DNA of 64,000 nucleotides from Fistulifera solaris (taxonomy: Eukaryota). Each line of letters opens with the position of its first letter. Within the stretch, counting starts at the first letter, position 1. A model generated the notes under the pieces. It saw only the letters and a program-made list of their open reading frames with translations. It had not been told where the DNA came from and searched no databases. Where the stretch lies: positions 558,001 through 622,000 of the forward strand of contig AP026131.1 of assembly GCA_030295235.1 (NCBI GenBank). Direction: 5' to 3'. Positions 46,536 to 59,996 of the stretch are shown piece by piece. The position numbers and the translations under genes were made by a program.

Positions 46536-46981
46536 TTTGCTACTGCTCTTGACTTTAGACCTTTCAACTACAATCGGTGAAGACGTATTATGATGCTTTC
46601 ACTTACTAATTATCCCAGGTAAAAAGCACAAACAAGCAAATGAGATGTTCACAAGTTAGTTTCGTCGTCGCTGCTGCTTGCAAAACACTCACAATAACAA
46701 AACAAGCTCGCGACGCGGCGACGATGATGAGAATAGAGATTGTAAACGCGATGCGACATCCGCCAAACACAATCTCAGTGAATTATTTTTCACTCAGAAT
46801 TTCGGTCTGCCTGATTATTCGCTTCTGTGAAACATCTCTGTCTGTCTTTCCGTCGGTCATTTTATTGTAGAATAGACCACAAAACGCGGCGAAAACACAA
46901 AACATCATCGCGAAGAATGATTAATAACGCCAACATCATCCATCACTTTCAAACTACGAACAGGTCAATATCGTTAAAAGC

Positions 46982-48121
46982 ATGCTTGCAAATCTAAGTT
47001 TCGTACTCTCATTGAGCCAGGTTTCTTTCCTGATAGGGCCGACGCTAGTATCGGCCTTCTCGGTTCAAATTCCGGCCCAGAGGACACCTCTTTCCTTAGA
47101 AGCGAAAAAGCCGAGTCTAGTCTCGGACCCATACGGTCCCTCACCTGACTTGCAGGTCAACAATATTGAGGAAATTGACGCCGCGGATGTTCCCGAGTTA
47201 CAGGAAATTATGAGGGCATCGGATTTGCCCACACCGATACCGCATCAGCCGTGGAGAAAGGGAGAATTGGCAGGTTGTGAAGCACCGATTGCCGCAGAGT
47301 GGCGACGTGAAGCGGAAGATATCATCTATAAAGCAGCGGAGCTAGTGGGCGGAGAAGTATTAGATGTCACGTGGTTTTTGACCGCTGTTTTGATTACCAT
47401 TGATCCAGATGTGCTGCCGGAAAATTACATGTTCGAGTCGGCCAGTACTGTCATTAACGTGAAGGAACCTAGAGATCCATTGTTTTTCGATCCGGCCGAT
47501 CCTAATCCAGAACCCATTTGGGATGATGAAGATGAAATTTTGTATCAACGACAAACACCGGAAGAAATTGCTGAAGCGAAGGATCGGTTGGCGCGGATGT
47601 ATGTGCCCAAAGATAAAGACGACGATTCCGACGAAGAACATATTCCAGACAGTGAGCCCAGGAAAGACGATCGTACCTTGTATATGAACGAAGAAACACG
47701 TAGTGAAGTCGCCATTAAGGTCACTGACGAAGCCCAGCTGAGAGAAGCGGAGAATGAACAGCCCATTGATGTGGACACAATTCGGATCAACACTGCCGCA
47801 ATATCAATTATCGCGGACGCTATTTTAAAGGCCTTGAAGGAAGAGGAAGACCGATTGCAAATTTTAACGCGACATGAGGTCGTCTTGAGCAGTCCAGGGC
47901 CACCAGATGTCATTGAAACACAGCGACAGTTTGATGCCTATCGCGGCACCCGTGTCATGGTAGAAACGAAAGACCCCTTTGACTCCAATCGGACATTGCT
48001 TGGGAAAATCGTTGACCGGAACTCGATGGATCTTATTTTGAATCAAAAAGGTCGGATGGTGACGGTTCCTCTCAATTTTGTCAAGTGTGTTCGCTTGCCA
48101 CCATCGAAAGTGGCAGCCTAA
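46982..48121 (+). CDS. rimP: Plastid-targeted ribosome maturation factor RimP-like protein
   Basis: Signal peptide ending VSA-F (ASAF-type bipartite motif). C-terminal HEVVLSSPG..IETQRQFDAYRGTRVMVET..LLGKIV..VPLNFVKCVRL resembles RimP. Confidence 0.72.
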   Translation: MLANLSFVLSLSQVSFLIGPTLVSAFSVQIPAQRTPLSLEAKKPSLVSDPYGPSPDLQVNNIEEIDAADVPELQEIMRASDLPTPIPHQPWRKGELAGCEAPIAAEWRREAEDIIYKAAELVGGEVLDVTWFLTAVLITIDPDVLPENYMFESASTVINVKEPRDPLFFDPADPNPEPIWDDEDEILYQRQTPEEIAEAKDRLARMYVPKDKDDDSDEEHIPDSEPRKDDRTLYMNEETRSEVAIKVTDEAQLREAENEQPIDVDTIRINTAAISIIADAILKALKEEEDRLQILTRHEVVLSSPGPPDVIETQRQFDAYRGTRVMVETKDPFDSNRTLLGKIVDRNSMDLILNQKGRMVTVPLNFVKCVRLPPSKVAA

Positions 48122-48369
48122 TGACGATACTTCCAAGCCGTTGAAGCTAGGATGGCTTCTTTCCCTTTAAAAAATCGAGGAATTTGAAAATCTCATTGAA
48201 CGATATTGCTCAGCTCTTGTTGTACTTAAGATTAGAAACGCATCTTTTGAAGAATCCATCGTAGATGTAGCAACAAATTGTTCTTTATACTTCTTAAATT
48301 ATGCTCGCTTTTGTCTCTCGCGTAGTTGAGCCAAAGGACAGTCGCAGACATCTGAGACATCTACCTAAT

Positions 48370-50001
48370 TCAGCATCTGCCTCCGCTTTTGCAACAAACA
48401 CAACGGAGTTCGCAATCAGTAATGATCTCAACACCTGTTCCGCAAACTTCTTCTGGGATCGTGGTTATTTCGGTGAACTCAAGGAATATGGTTTCTGATG
48501 ACAAGAATAATCAATCAAGCATGAGTTTATGAAGAGACTGCCAACATATATTAACAGAAACGCCAGTGTGCTTACCGAGAAAGCCCAGAAAGGCGAATTC
48601 CAAGGGGAGCGTTCCCGAGAGCTGAGAAATTTCAAAGCTCAGTTTGTGAAGTTTGGGGCAGTTGCCTAACTCTGTCGGAATCGTTCCCGTAATCTGCGAA
48701 TCGCCGATGCGCACGTACTGCAGGTTCGTTAATAAGCCGATCGTCGTCGGAATGGTGCCCCAGAAATTGCCACCCGAAAAACTGATGGAATCTGGTGGAG
48801 TGTAAGTGCAATTTACTTGATGCTTCAAGGCAATCGGTTATGATAGTTTGGACACTTACCGAGATCTGTTATTACTCCAATCTCATCGGGCAAAGTTCCT
48901 TCAAATAGTGGACCATCGATCAACAGTTGACGAAGCTTGGTGAGCTTCGCGATTTCCGTGGGGATAGAGCCGCGAACTTTCGAAAAGCGCGTTTCGAAAT
49001 AGGTCAAGTTGGTCAAGTACCCGATTTCAGTCGGAATCGTCCCTCCCAAATCTGTGTCTTCTACATCCAAGTGCGTCATATTACGCCAGTGAAGGGCGAT
49101 GGGAAAGATGTCGCCTTCCAATCGATTCTTCGCAACGAGGAACTCGTTGATGTTGCTGAGCTTCGCGAGACTGGATGGAAGGCTACCGGTCAAAAGATTG
49201 CTGCTGATATCCAGCGTACGCAAGTTCGTCAGTGCACTCATCGCTGGACTGATAGAAGAAGTGAACTTGTTGGAACTGAGAAATAGTTGCTCTAGAGCGG
49301 CGTCAGATCAAAGGAGCATTATGTAGCGAAACAATAGTCCCAATTGCAATTTTCTTACCTAGGTTTGTCAGCGTTCCGAGAGAATCTGACGAAAGAGCCC
49401 CCTTGAGGTCGTTGTTTCGCAAGTCCAGGACAGTCAAATGAGTCAAAAGTCCAAGCTCTTTCGGTAATGAACCCGAAAGCTTTTGATCGCTCAAGTCGAG
49501 TGCAATGAGAGTTCCCTTCTCGTCGCAAGTCAAGTAGCCGATGTCGCATTCACTGACCGTACTATCGTCGAGAAGATCATGATATCCGCCACATGTGAAC
49601 AGAACAACGAGTAATGCATACAGCTGCAAGACTCGGTCTTTCGTCCTCACATTGAATTGGTCTTGCTTGTACGCTAGATACTGAAGCGCTTGAGAGGACG
49701 GCGAATCGAGACGAACGAAAGCTAAAGGTTCTGAGACATTCAACAGAATCGTCTGCAAGTCTTGAAGTCGTTCAAGCTTGGTCCTGGAGTAATCCGCTTC
49801 CTTCTTTCCAAGGAGCGGCAACGTAGCTGCGATGGCAAGCACGAACAGCGAAAGTACCCCCACGAGCGCCATAATCCATCGTCGCTGTTTATGATTCGCT
49901 TTCAGTGGCTGACTCGCGGTATCCTGCTGATCTTCTACCAAAGGCTGAGATCTGTTTTCTACCTCGGTCGAAACTGCCATATTGCCCCGTTCCCTTTCCA
50001 T
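48370..50001 (-). CDS. Type II membrane LRR receptor-like protein, multi-exon
   Basis: TM WIMALVGVLSLFVLAIAA; SPSSQALQYL/LQLYALLVV; LRR exons; donors near 49358, 48859 and 48575; last exon TIPEEVC..TDCELRCVCCKSGGRC* ends at 48370. Confidence 0.85.
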
Positions 50002-51093
50002 GGTCGTAATGAACGACGATACGTAAAATGAATGCAGTCATTGTCGATCGCTCTTGATCTTTTTTCAGCAGCGTAGTGGAGGCCTTTCTGAGGGAATACA
50101 ACCATGATTTATTATTTTACTTGATGTTGGTCGTTTTGATGTTCATTCGTTTTGCTGCGAAATTCTTGGTCAATCAGATCGTTGCATGCAGGTGGAAAAA
50201 TTTCATGACAAAACACAAGCTCGTGACTAATCCAGTCGTGACGGTTTCCAACATTAAACTTATTATAAAACGTTTTGACCATTCCATCAAGGGGACGATC
50301 ACATCGTTACAGCCAATCTTCTCAATAGAAAGATACTTTTCACTATATTTTGAAACAGTGCCTTGGGCTTACCAGGCGATCTTTTCATGATTCTTTCTGT
50401 ATAGAGCAAAATGATTTTCATGACTGAAATGCAGTCGTGGCGAAAAGTCGTCTTCTATTAAAGTCTATAGTAAAAAGAAAAAAGAGAGCACTTTACGGGG
50501 ATTTTCCACATAACGAGTCAAGCGCTGCATTGCAAATGCTGCTCTAGATATAACTGCATGAGATAACATACTAGTCTAGTCTATCCCACTTTTAGAACGA
50601 ACAAAGTTGCGGTAGCAGTTTGGTCCAAGAAAGTCAGTGTTCATGACTCAGTCGCATTCGTGGATGATTCGTCAATACACTTCCTCGTTATAGTAAATGA
50701 AGGGGGACGACAGGATTTTTAATTGCATTTCGTTTTCTTCGGTGAAGCGGCCATCATTCATCTTGATGGATCATGCATTCTTTAACCCTTTCAGATACAT
50801 CAGCGGCATCATGTGAATGCAACCTTTCATAATGATATACACGTCATAATGAACCTTGTTGCGCCTCGTGGCTATCATGAATCATGACCTTGTCCTTGAA
50901 GTACATATTGAGGTTATAGCGAATTTTGTCGCTCTGGATGGTCAAGGATCGCAAAAGAATCTCGCAAAAAAATGTGCGACGATCCGAAGAGAATGCCAAG
51001 GAGAAAAGAAAACAAACCCATTCGAATCATCATCTTTCTGTGAAAGGACATTCATTATCTTTTGATAAAGCACTTTCAATCTATCCTTCCATC

Positions 51094-51891
51094 ATGTCTA
51101 AGCTTTCGGTAAGTCTCCTTGTTTCGGTGTGTCGTCTTTGCGCATGCAGAGCAGTTCGCCTGACGTTCTTTCGACTTTTCACAGGCCGTCCAAGAGACGT
51201 ACAAAAGAATGCACTTGCCTTGATTGCCGCGAGTCCGGCAACGGCACAGACTTTAGCATCGACCTACCAACAGCATTTCTCAACGAATATGGCGGGGGCA
51301 CGGGCCAAATATGCATCCTTGACGGGTTTAGTCAACGCGGAATTGGATCAAACGGTCGAAACGACCATTGATGCCGTAGATGCTGTCATGGACGATTTGA
51401 ATACTTTGATGCGCTACATCAGTCTCACTATTCCCAAAATGGAAGACGGTGGCAACTGGGGTGTTTCCATTCAGCTGGAAGCCATCAAAGCGATGCAAGA
51501 TGCGCAAGATAAGCTGACGAAAGGGGCCGAAGAAGTCTCCAAGTACGCAAGCAGTCGTGCCGATGTGTTGGAAAAGTGCAAATTTCCTTCGCAGACTGTT
51601 AGTGTCACCAGCAGCGATGGAACAAGTAATACTACGGAAAAGGGAGACGCGAAAGAAACCAGAAAGACGACGGAAACGAAGGAAACTACCACGTCCTTGT
51701 CCCCGGTCGAAGCCAGCTATCGTCAGGCGGCCGTGGTAGCCTGCGATGTGTTATATTACGGAAAAGCCAAGGGTCTCTTCCAATTGTGTCTGAGCTCGTA
51801 CTTGAACGCGATGGACTTTTGTGACAAGAATGCGGAGAAAATCGAGAAACCCAAGGGATCGACCGGTTCGGGTCCTTCTTCCATGTATTAG
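51094..51891 (+). CDS. Proteasome activator PA28/11S subunit; intron 51109-51184; frameshift near 51205
   Basis: YISLTIPKMEDGGNWGVSIQ resembles the PA28 activation loop; YASSRAD; KNAEKIEKPKG...SMY C-terminus. Confidence 0.85.
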   Translation: MSKLSVSLLVSVCRLCACRAVRLTFFRLFTGRPRDVQKNALALIAASPATAQTLASTYQQHFSTNMAGARAKYASLTGLVNAELDQTVETTIDAVDAVMDDLNTLMRYISLTIPKMEDGGNWGVSIQLEAIKAMQDAQDKLTKGAEEVSKYASSRADVLEKCKFPSQTVSVTSSDGTSNTTEKGDAKETRKTTETKETTTSLSPVEASYRQAAVVACDVLYYGKAKGLFQLCLSSYLNAMDFCDKNAEKIEKPKGSTGSGPSSMY

Positions 51892-52049
51892 ACGAACAAA
51901 TAGATACTGTATTAGTCATCAACGATCGTCTGCTTCTAAATTAAGACTAATTTACTTCATTCGGAAAGTAATACTATAGATAGCGTCTTGTATTCTTGAA
52001 ATCCGAAGTTAACGTGTATTTATTTTGTTCACGTTTGTTAGTTCAAAAA

Positions 52050-52639
52050 TTAATGCTGAGGAGAACCATCTTCGTCTTCTCCAAGCGACATCATCCAATA
52101 AAGCCCTGCCGTCGCCGCCATTGCCACGCCAGCCACCCAAAACGAAAGACGCCGATTCTTTCGAGACGCTGCCATGCGCTGCTGAAGCGTCATGAGGTGA
52201 GACAGGGCGCCGGCCGTTTGATGCATGGTCTCGAGCGTCGTGTCGTGAATCTGCTGAATTCCCTCTTCTTGCTGGTTCACCACCATGGCGAGATCTCTTT
52301 GTATCTCATTCATGAATCTCATGGAGTGGTTGATTTCTCGGATGTTCTGTTCTCGCTCTTGCCAGACGGCGTGCTGAAAATCCACGGCCGTGAGACCGCG
52401 CTGTTCTTCGATTTCCACTACAAAGTCGTCGTTCACTTTGTATTCATCGTCAAGAGATGCATTGGCAAAAGCAAATCGTCACTGCGGTACGTGATGCACA
52501 AAGGAATGCCTTCTTCCACGTCTTCTTCAATCACTCGCGTGTGCGGCAGTCGAAGCGCTTTCCTCCAGTTCCATTTCTTTTTCGTCGGCGAGTCGAGGAA
52601 TGGTCGATTCGCGGCTAGATCAAACGCACTTTCATCCAT
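52050..52639 (-). CDS. Syntaxin-like t-SNARE; frameshift near 52440
   Basis: EREQNIREINHSMRFMNEIQRDLAMVVNQQEEGIQQI SNARE helix followed by a C-terminal TM. Confidence 0.8.
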
Positions 52640-53733
52640 GATTGTTTTTGTTGTTTTCGAATGTTGGGATGGTTCGTGTTGTGATGTGTTTCTGTTTTGT
52701 GAAAGGAAGAAGAAGAAAGCTCGTGTGATGCCGATGGGACGGGTTGGTCCCGAATCCGCCACGTCGTGCCAACTGGGTTGCTTGGGCCGTACCGGTACTC
52801 ACAATTTCAAGAGGACCTTCAAGGTGGCAAGCACCAAGTGTGCAGTTGGGCAACAAAAAGTGTGATTCAAATAAAAGATGGGAGTCCGCGGTGGGAGTTT
52901 AATCATTCGTAGAGTGATTGTTCTTCACTGTCGATAGACAACATGATTGAAGAAATGGTATTCTGACGTGTTGAACTTCCACAGAAGTTCGATAGGTGAA
53001 AGGATGCGAGTTAATCAAAATAGGTGCTGCGCTTCTTACGTCAAAACTTTTGTCGTTTTTTCAAAAGAAGATCTTGCACGGTTCTGTAACAAAGATTACG
53101 AAGTCGCTATCGCACAAGGAGAGTTTCGTCATTCAAAATCATCTTGGCTGTGTTGATGATGTCGCCTCGCAACATACTCAAAATCCCTCTTCGAAAACCC
53201 GATGTCCTCATGGTGATGTCGATCATACTGTCTCAAATATCGTCTGGAAAGCGAGTAGTCAATAGACATCTATCGTATTTGCCAAGGTGATGCCCGCATG
53301 GTATTGATGGATGCGGTCACAATAACACGATGACCAATTTTTTCCCTTTCGGCGGAGTGCAATCTTGTAAAAGATCCGTTTCACGATTCACTGTCGTACC
53401 GGATTTAATATCTATTAAGTATAAATGTGATCACGGACTTTTATATTTTTTATGATAACCGGTGTCGATTTTATTTTTCCGTTGAATTACACTATACCCC
53501 AGTCACATCAGTCATGTTTACATTTCGCGGTTTTGCGCAAAAAAAAAAAAAGAGGAGGCGGAGGAGGGAGTCATGCAGACGAAATGCGATGACAACCGAA
53601 ACGATCAATGATCGGAGACAAAAGCCGTCGCAACTCTTACTATCATTACCTCTGTTTTATATCCGAGGTTTTGTTACTAGCCCGTGTCATTAAAATATCT
53701 TACTTCTGTTTGTAGCAATACCATCACCAAGCC

Positions 53734-55321
53734 ATGTCATTACGACCAGGTCGAGGACAAGGGTACCCTCCACCGCCGCCGAGAACGAATTCTGGTCAAT
53801 CGCCAGCTTACGGATCGACCTCGCCACCAGCAACCGCTGCGGCATCTCCATCTTCCGGAGGAGGACATGTCTATTCGGGTTATTCACAGCCATCGTATTA
53901 TGGCGGTTATTCGTACAATAACGGAAGCTCGTACGGTGCGAACACGGCGTATGCGTCATCGGCGGCCAATCCTCCAGCCTACGGATACTCGAGCTCGACC
54001 GCGTACGGTGGATACTCGGCACCCGCGGCCGCACCGGCTGCACCAGCGCCTACCAAGAGTCTCAGTAAGCGGCGAGGCGCCGGAGGGCGTATCAGTTCGG
54101 GAAATGGAGGAGGATTCGCTGTGTTGCAACAGGCTTGGATATGGACAACCTTGTTATCCGTAGTTCTTGGTGGATTGTGCATTCGATATAGGATGCAAGT
54201 GGGTCGACTGTGTGATGAACTAGAGGTTGATTCCATCGATATGGCCATGGCGAGGATAACGTCCATTATTTCCAGCGAACGGAGGGTGTCCGCGAATGTA
54301 CAAACGATCAAGGATTCATTGCGAATTGCGAATGAGCACAAAATTGCTTTAGAGAGGGACAACCGAAAGCTGCAAAATGAGTTGAAGGAAATGAAAGATC
54401 ATTACGAAAGCCCCGAGGCGCACGAAGAGCTGGATCGAATTATAGCTCGGGAAGAAGGATGGATCAAACATGTCGAGGTCTTACAAAAACGAACTCAACG
54501 AGAGTCAGCTCGGAGTGTGCAAGAAAAGTACGTATCGTGGTTGATTTTTGCTATAGTTGCTTGCACGCTGTGCAGCTCACATTGTTTTGAATCATAGGTT
54601 TGGACATGGTCCCTACCAGGTGGAGTTTGGAGTATTACTGCCGGGTCAAGTCGACGAGAACTATTTTGTGATCGAATTAGCTCCGCTTTCGGTTATGCCC
54701 CACGCTACACATATTTTTCTAGAGCAAGTGTCACACGGACTATGGGACAAGGCGTGGTTTTATATCAATGGTCCGCATATTATGCAAGTCGGACCACAGC
54801 CCGACGGAATGACGGAAGAGATGCCGTTGGAAGAATTGAGAGAGTTAGCCTTGCGTCCATTCAAAGAGAAGGCGTTGGAATCCCTGGCGTTCCCTGAATA
54901 TTCGGATGATTACGCACATGAACCGTGGACGCTAGGATTTACTGGTAGACCAGGTGGACCCGACTTCTACATCAACAAGGTGGATAACAGCGAGGCACAT
55001 GGACCTGGCGGCCAATATCAACACGATTTGGAAGAGTTTGCTGATCCATGTTTTGGCAAAGTCATCAAAGGATTTGATACGCTGGAAAATATTGCGAGAA
55101 CGCAAACGATCCTTGCTGGCGAATATCAATACTTTTTTGAGTTTCCTGTGCAGATCGTACGTGCTACCATTTTGGAAAGACCTATTCCTGCTGACATGGA
55201 GAGATTCAAAGGAAAAGGAGCTGGATTCGGTGGTATCCAGCTTGTGGGAGATGCAGCTGATCCTTCGAAGAAACCTCAGCGAATTCACAAACCTGTGTTC
55301 GATCATCAAGTAGCGCCGTAG
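53734..55321 (+). CDS. Membrane-anchored coiled-coil protein with a C-terminal cyclophilin-like domain; intron 54528-54597
   Basis: Y/S/G/P-rich N-terminus, TM, coiled coil; EK|FGHGPYQVEF; IELAPLSVMPHA; WTLGFTGRPGGPDFYIN..N...HG; PCFGKVIKG. Confidence 0.8.
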
Positions 55322-55510
55322 TTTGAATTGCAGTGAAGCTGTATTTTTACCGCTTTGCTCACTGGCGACACTTTTCTCTGCATTTCAAGACTTTACGATA
55401 ATAGACTACTGTTGCTATTATTTAGTTCGTATCGAAAAAAATATGCGTAGGCAACGGTAGTGCGGGACATCACATTAACGCTTCTGCTTTTAACTTTTAA
55501 TAAAGAAACA

Positions 55511-58500
55511 TTATGCGGGTCGAATGAAAACCATTTTTCTGTATTGCTGATCTTGCTTTGCACCAATAAGCCGTGATACCTCGCTGGCAAGCATGAATGA
55601 GACATCTTGGCCGTCAATAGACACAAGAATGTCGCCAATGTTCACCTGGTCAAATAGAACACTGCTTTCTCGGATCGACTTGACCACCGGCGAACCATCT
55701 CCATTTGTTTCCAAAACCAAACCAAGAAATCCGCTTGGCGCCATGATTTCCCATTTTTCACAGATGGCATACTGTGCATTCAATGTGACATCGTCGGCAT
55801 CGGCGATTAACACAGGGGAGGTACATCGCGAAGATGTTTCATATGAATGAGATACTATGGAAGCTTCCGGTCGCTCAAGATACGCTTCTCGAAAGTCATA
55901 ATCAATGCTACGCGGTTCTAAGGTAGCAAAATCTGCCAAAGATCCCGAAACTCCTGGGGGTATCGGGTCACCTAGGCTGCTCATATCTTGAACGGTCTGT
56001 AATCCAATTTCAGACATGTAGTCATGAGCTTCATAAGCAGGCTTGGGGTAAGAGCCGGTATGTTCTTCTTGGTTCATCTGCTCCGCTAACTGAGCTTGTT
56101 TGCGGCGATTTCTCGATACAGAAAATACGAAAGTTCCGGCTAGCAGCGCAATAGCAGCAATTCCAACCAAAATGCCCACAATTACGCTTTCTGAACTTTT
56201 CGTTCCTCCGTCTGCCAAGGCAAGCTCTGTAGGGAGAATAATTTCGACGGATGTAACTTGATCCAATTCTGGACATGAAGTGCTTCGTAAGAAACGGACA
56301 AAAGCGTCCTTTTCATCTTGGGAATCAAAAGGACCACCGATGTATCTTCGCATGTCATGTACTGTCAGGAAAGACCTAATTTCAATCAGAACATCGAACG
56401 TATACGATATTGCTAACTTCTCGATGTTCAGCTCCTTCGTAGTATTTTGAATAAAGACGTCAAGAGTTTCGATCGTCTGTACCACTTCTTCCACTTCATT
56501 CCTCACGCTGTTTGCCACAAACTCTTCCACTGGCCGGACGCAGAGTGCCCTGTACGGTACTTCTTCCTCTTGTAACCGTCGAGAATCAAACTTTGCCAGT
56601 ACGACAATCCTTTCCGACAACAGGCTCATTTTTTCGTATAAAAAAGACGGGGTGGGAATAGCGGACGGCGCAGTGCTGGAAGTGGGCTGGAAGGATACAG
56701 ATGGCGACCCAGAAGGAGAAACACTAGGGACCAACGACGGCTGGGGTGACGGACCAAATGTAGGCGGTAGTGATGAGGAGACGAAGGGTTTGTCTTGTGT
56801 CACTGGTTGAGCAGCTGGACGGCGTGTAGGAGTATTGTTCGCCACTGGTGCCGTAGGGCGACTTACAGGTGGTGCAACAGGCTTGCTAACAGGAGCCCTG
56901 GTACGCACCGCGGTAGGGCGTGGCGGGGGATCTCTTGTTGGCGCAGGCACCGGAGGATCTCTTGTAGGCATAGACACCGGAGGATCTCTTGTAGGCATAG
57001 ACACCGGAGGGTCTCTTGTAGGCATAGACACCGGAGGGTCTCTTGTAGGCGCAGGCACCGGAGGATCTCTTGTGGGCGTAGGCACCGGAGGTTCTCTTGT
57101 GGGCAAAGCCACTGGAGACGAATCACCGTCTAGAAGAGAAAGAAACAACACGTGAGACATATCCTTCAGTGGCGAACAATACTCCTACACGCCGTCCAGC
57201 TACTCAACCAGTGACACAAGACAAACAGCCTTACCATTCGTAATGGACCGAGAAGGCGAGCGTGTTGGCGCAACTACTGGAGTCTGTGTGTCCGGAACTG
57301 GTGTTTCTGGAATACTCGTGGTCGCTGTAGGCGATGCTGTCGGATTATCAACAGGTTGTGCAACGGGAGTTGGAGTCGGCCGTGCAACTGGTGCTTTCGT
57401 AGGCGAAGGATTCACAAAACCATCATCATCTACATCTGGTGCAACATAGTCATCTTCATCTGTTGGCATGTCGTCGTCATCATCATCATCAACTTCATCG
57501 TCTCCATTTGTGGGGACTTCGCCTTCTGAAGTTGGATTATCGACTGGCGGAACAGACGGAACGGCGTCCGGCAATAGCTGCACAGGGGCACTGGTTTTCT
57601 CATTTGCCGTCTCACCTGATGGTGTTTCATTTGTATTAACTGCCGTTGGTTTACTGACAGGGGCTGCAACGGGGCTCGCGACCGGATACTGCAAAGTTGG
57701 TTGCGCTATCTCACTCGTAGGCGTTTCGTTTGTTGTCTCTGGCGTTAAATCACTTGTAGGAGATGCAACGGGGCGCGCAGTTCGGATATTAGTGGGAACG
57801 GGCAACGCAAAAGGAGCCGTCGGGGTCTCATATGAAGGCGTTTCGTGTGCAGTAGTTTCGAATGTTGCTCTTGGAGATGGTGCGCCGGTCGACACAATGT
57901 CCCAAATTGGTGCCGGTGTGGGGTATTGCTGTGGTGGTGTCACTGGAGAAAGAGTAGGTGGAGAGATAGGGACAAAAGTAGGCAAATGAGAAGGTGTTTG
58001 AGAAGGATTGAAAGTTGGATTTGTGGAGGGAATTTGCATTGGTTTCCAAAGAGATAGACGAATATTGAGTTCCGACAAGAGAGGGCGGTACGCTTTTCTC
58101 ACCGGGAATAGTCAATGTTGGTGTAACCAATGGTGCGCTGGACGATTGAATTGGTGGTGATATCGAGGGCGCCTGCGTTGCGGTAGGCACCGGTGCAAGA
58201 GTAAACACATCAATCGGTGGCGATTCCGATGGCGCCTCCGTTGCAGTACGCACCGGCGGAGGAGTCAACACAGTAGAACGCGAGGGGGACGGTTTGTTGG
58301 TTGCTGTTATCACCGGTGCAGCAGCCATGGCAATGGAAGGTTCAGGCGTTATATCATCCATTGCCGTGACCACGGGTGCGTTTTTTTTTTTTGTTGTAAG
58401 GATATCAGACACAGGAGAAGGATATGGTGCCGGAGAGATCGAAACAACTAGTGATTTTGCAATTGAAGTAGTCTTACCAGTACCAGATCGAGACCAGCTT

Positions 58501-58897
58501 AATGTCGGCGCCACAGATAAAGAGGGAGCCGTCGATGGATAAAGGGACACCGATGGTGCCGAGGATACGGTGGGAATCGTAGACGGATTCGCAGAAACGG
58601 ATGGTGCAGACGAGACTGATGGGCTGCTTGATAGCGTAGATTGCGAAAAAGAAACCTTACTTCGGATGGCTTGTTGACAGCAATTTTTGTGGGGAATGAA
58701 GGCAAAGTAGGCTTTACATCGGACAGTTCAGTCGACGGTGGAGGAACCGGGGGCGAAGGGGCAGTATTCTGCTTGGGGCTTTTGAGATGCCGCGAAAAAA
58801 CGAGTGCGTTCCCTTCGTCTCCTCCGGTCAAAATGGTGCGCGCACCTATTACTGTTGTAATCAAAAGCAACGTCAAAACAGGGAGGAAAGGCGACAT
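55511..58897 (-). CDS. Large Pro/Thr/Ser-rich mucin-like type I membrane protein with a cytosolic C-terminal PDZ domain; intron ~57130-57234; frameshifts
   Basis: Signal MSPFLPVLTLLLITTVIGA; PT/PS-rich stalk; TM VIVGILVGIAAIALLAGTFVF; PDZ APSGFLGLVL..PVVKSIRESS..GDILVSIDG. Confidence 0.85.
56927..57112 (-). repeat. Coding 30-bp tandem repeat, ~6 copies of PTRDPPV(S/P)(M/A)
   Basis: GGATCTCTTGTAGGCATAGACACCGGA-type units on the + strand, preserving frame. Confidence 0.9.
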
Positions 58898-59996
58898 GCG
58901 CTTTGAATTCCGTTTGAGATGGAAATCAGCTAAGTTGCATTCGTCACCGTCGCCTTTCATGCGGAATTCGACAGAAAGATGATCAATTGAAACATCATCA
59001 TCATGTCTCTGTACCAAGTTTACTGTGTTCGCCTTCGTTTCCGCCTCCATGGTCATCTGAACATCAAAACTGTCAGCCACATCCATCAGTTCTTGCAGTC
59101 TCCAATTCCTACCGCAGCACTTCTTATATTTTGGCGTCGTTTGCGAATCCTTCATGTGAAAGAATCTATCCGCTTCTTATTCTTCCGTCACCTCCTTGTA
59201 AGACCTTGCGTGCTTTTTGTATACTGGTAGTGCTCGCGTTCAAAAATGAGGGGACTTCCGAGACAATCCCCAATCCGCGTATGTATGCAATTAGGTCACC
59301 ATGTGTTTCGTACTTATTACTTTCACGAGTCAACACCATGTCTTTATTAGGAGATGGCCAATGCTTTTCCGTCTAATTAGACGCATAGAAATAGCAGTAT
59401 TAACGTCTGGTTAACGTTTAATATGAATACCATGGGCTGTCATACAATTCCTCCCGACAAACATTGTGAGTCACGCGTCTTCTCCCATTCAATTTCCGAT
59501 CGTGGATTGTCTTGCCATCAACCGCGAGAACCTACAGTATTCATTCCTAACAGTCCTTAGTACCGGTGTGCTACTCGACAGTACACTTTGGTATTATAGA
59601 ATTCCTTGTTACACTTCAACTCACGGTCCCGCATAACCACTATAACCATTGATTGCAACATCAAGTGGGCGAAGATTTTGCCGAGGATTTTGGGATCTTT
59701 TCCGTCATTCCGAAAGATCTCTTGTCGGGGGCTTTTTCTCAATTACGCATCAAATGGAATCAACTGGTGATTCACTTTGTTAATTGAAACATAAAACCTA
59801 CTAAAGAAAGGTTTTGTCAAGGTTTTGTCTCGCCGTGAGATCAATCAGAAGTATATCGCCGCGGACGACGACTCATCAGGCGTAAAACTCGTCACCGAGG
59901 CAACAAACCAATCTATCGACTTTGGCGTATATGATTCCTCGCCAACATACGCAGTCCATTTTATCGGATGTTACTTGCTTGTAATCAATACTAATC

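Noticed and set aside
51996..52865. 289-aa plus-strand ORF
   Set aside because: Antisense shadow of the syntaxin-like gene, with no protein-like motifs.
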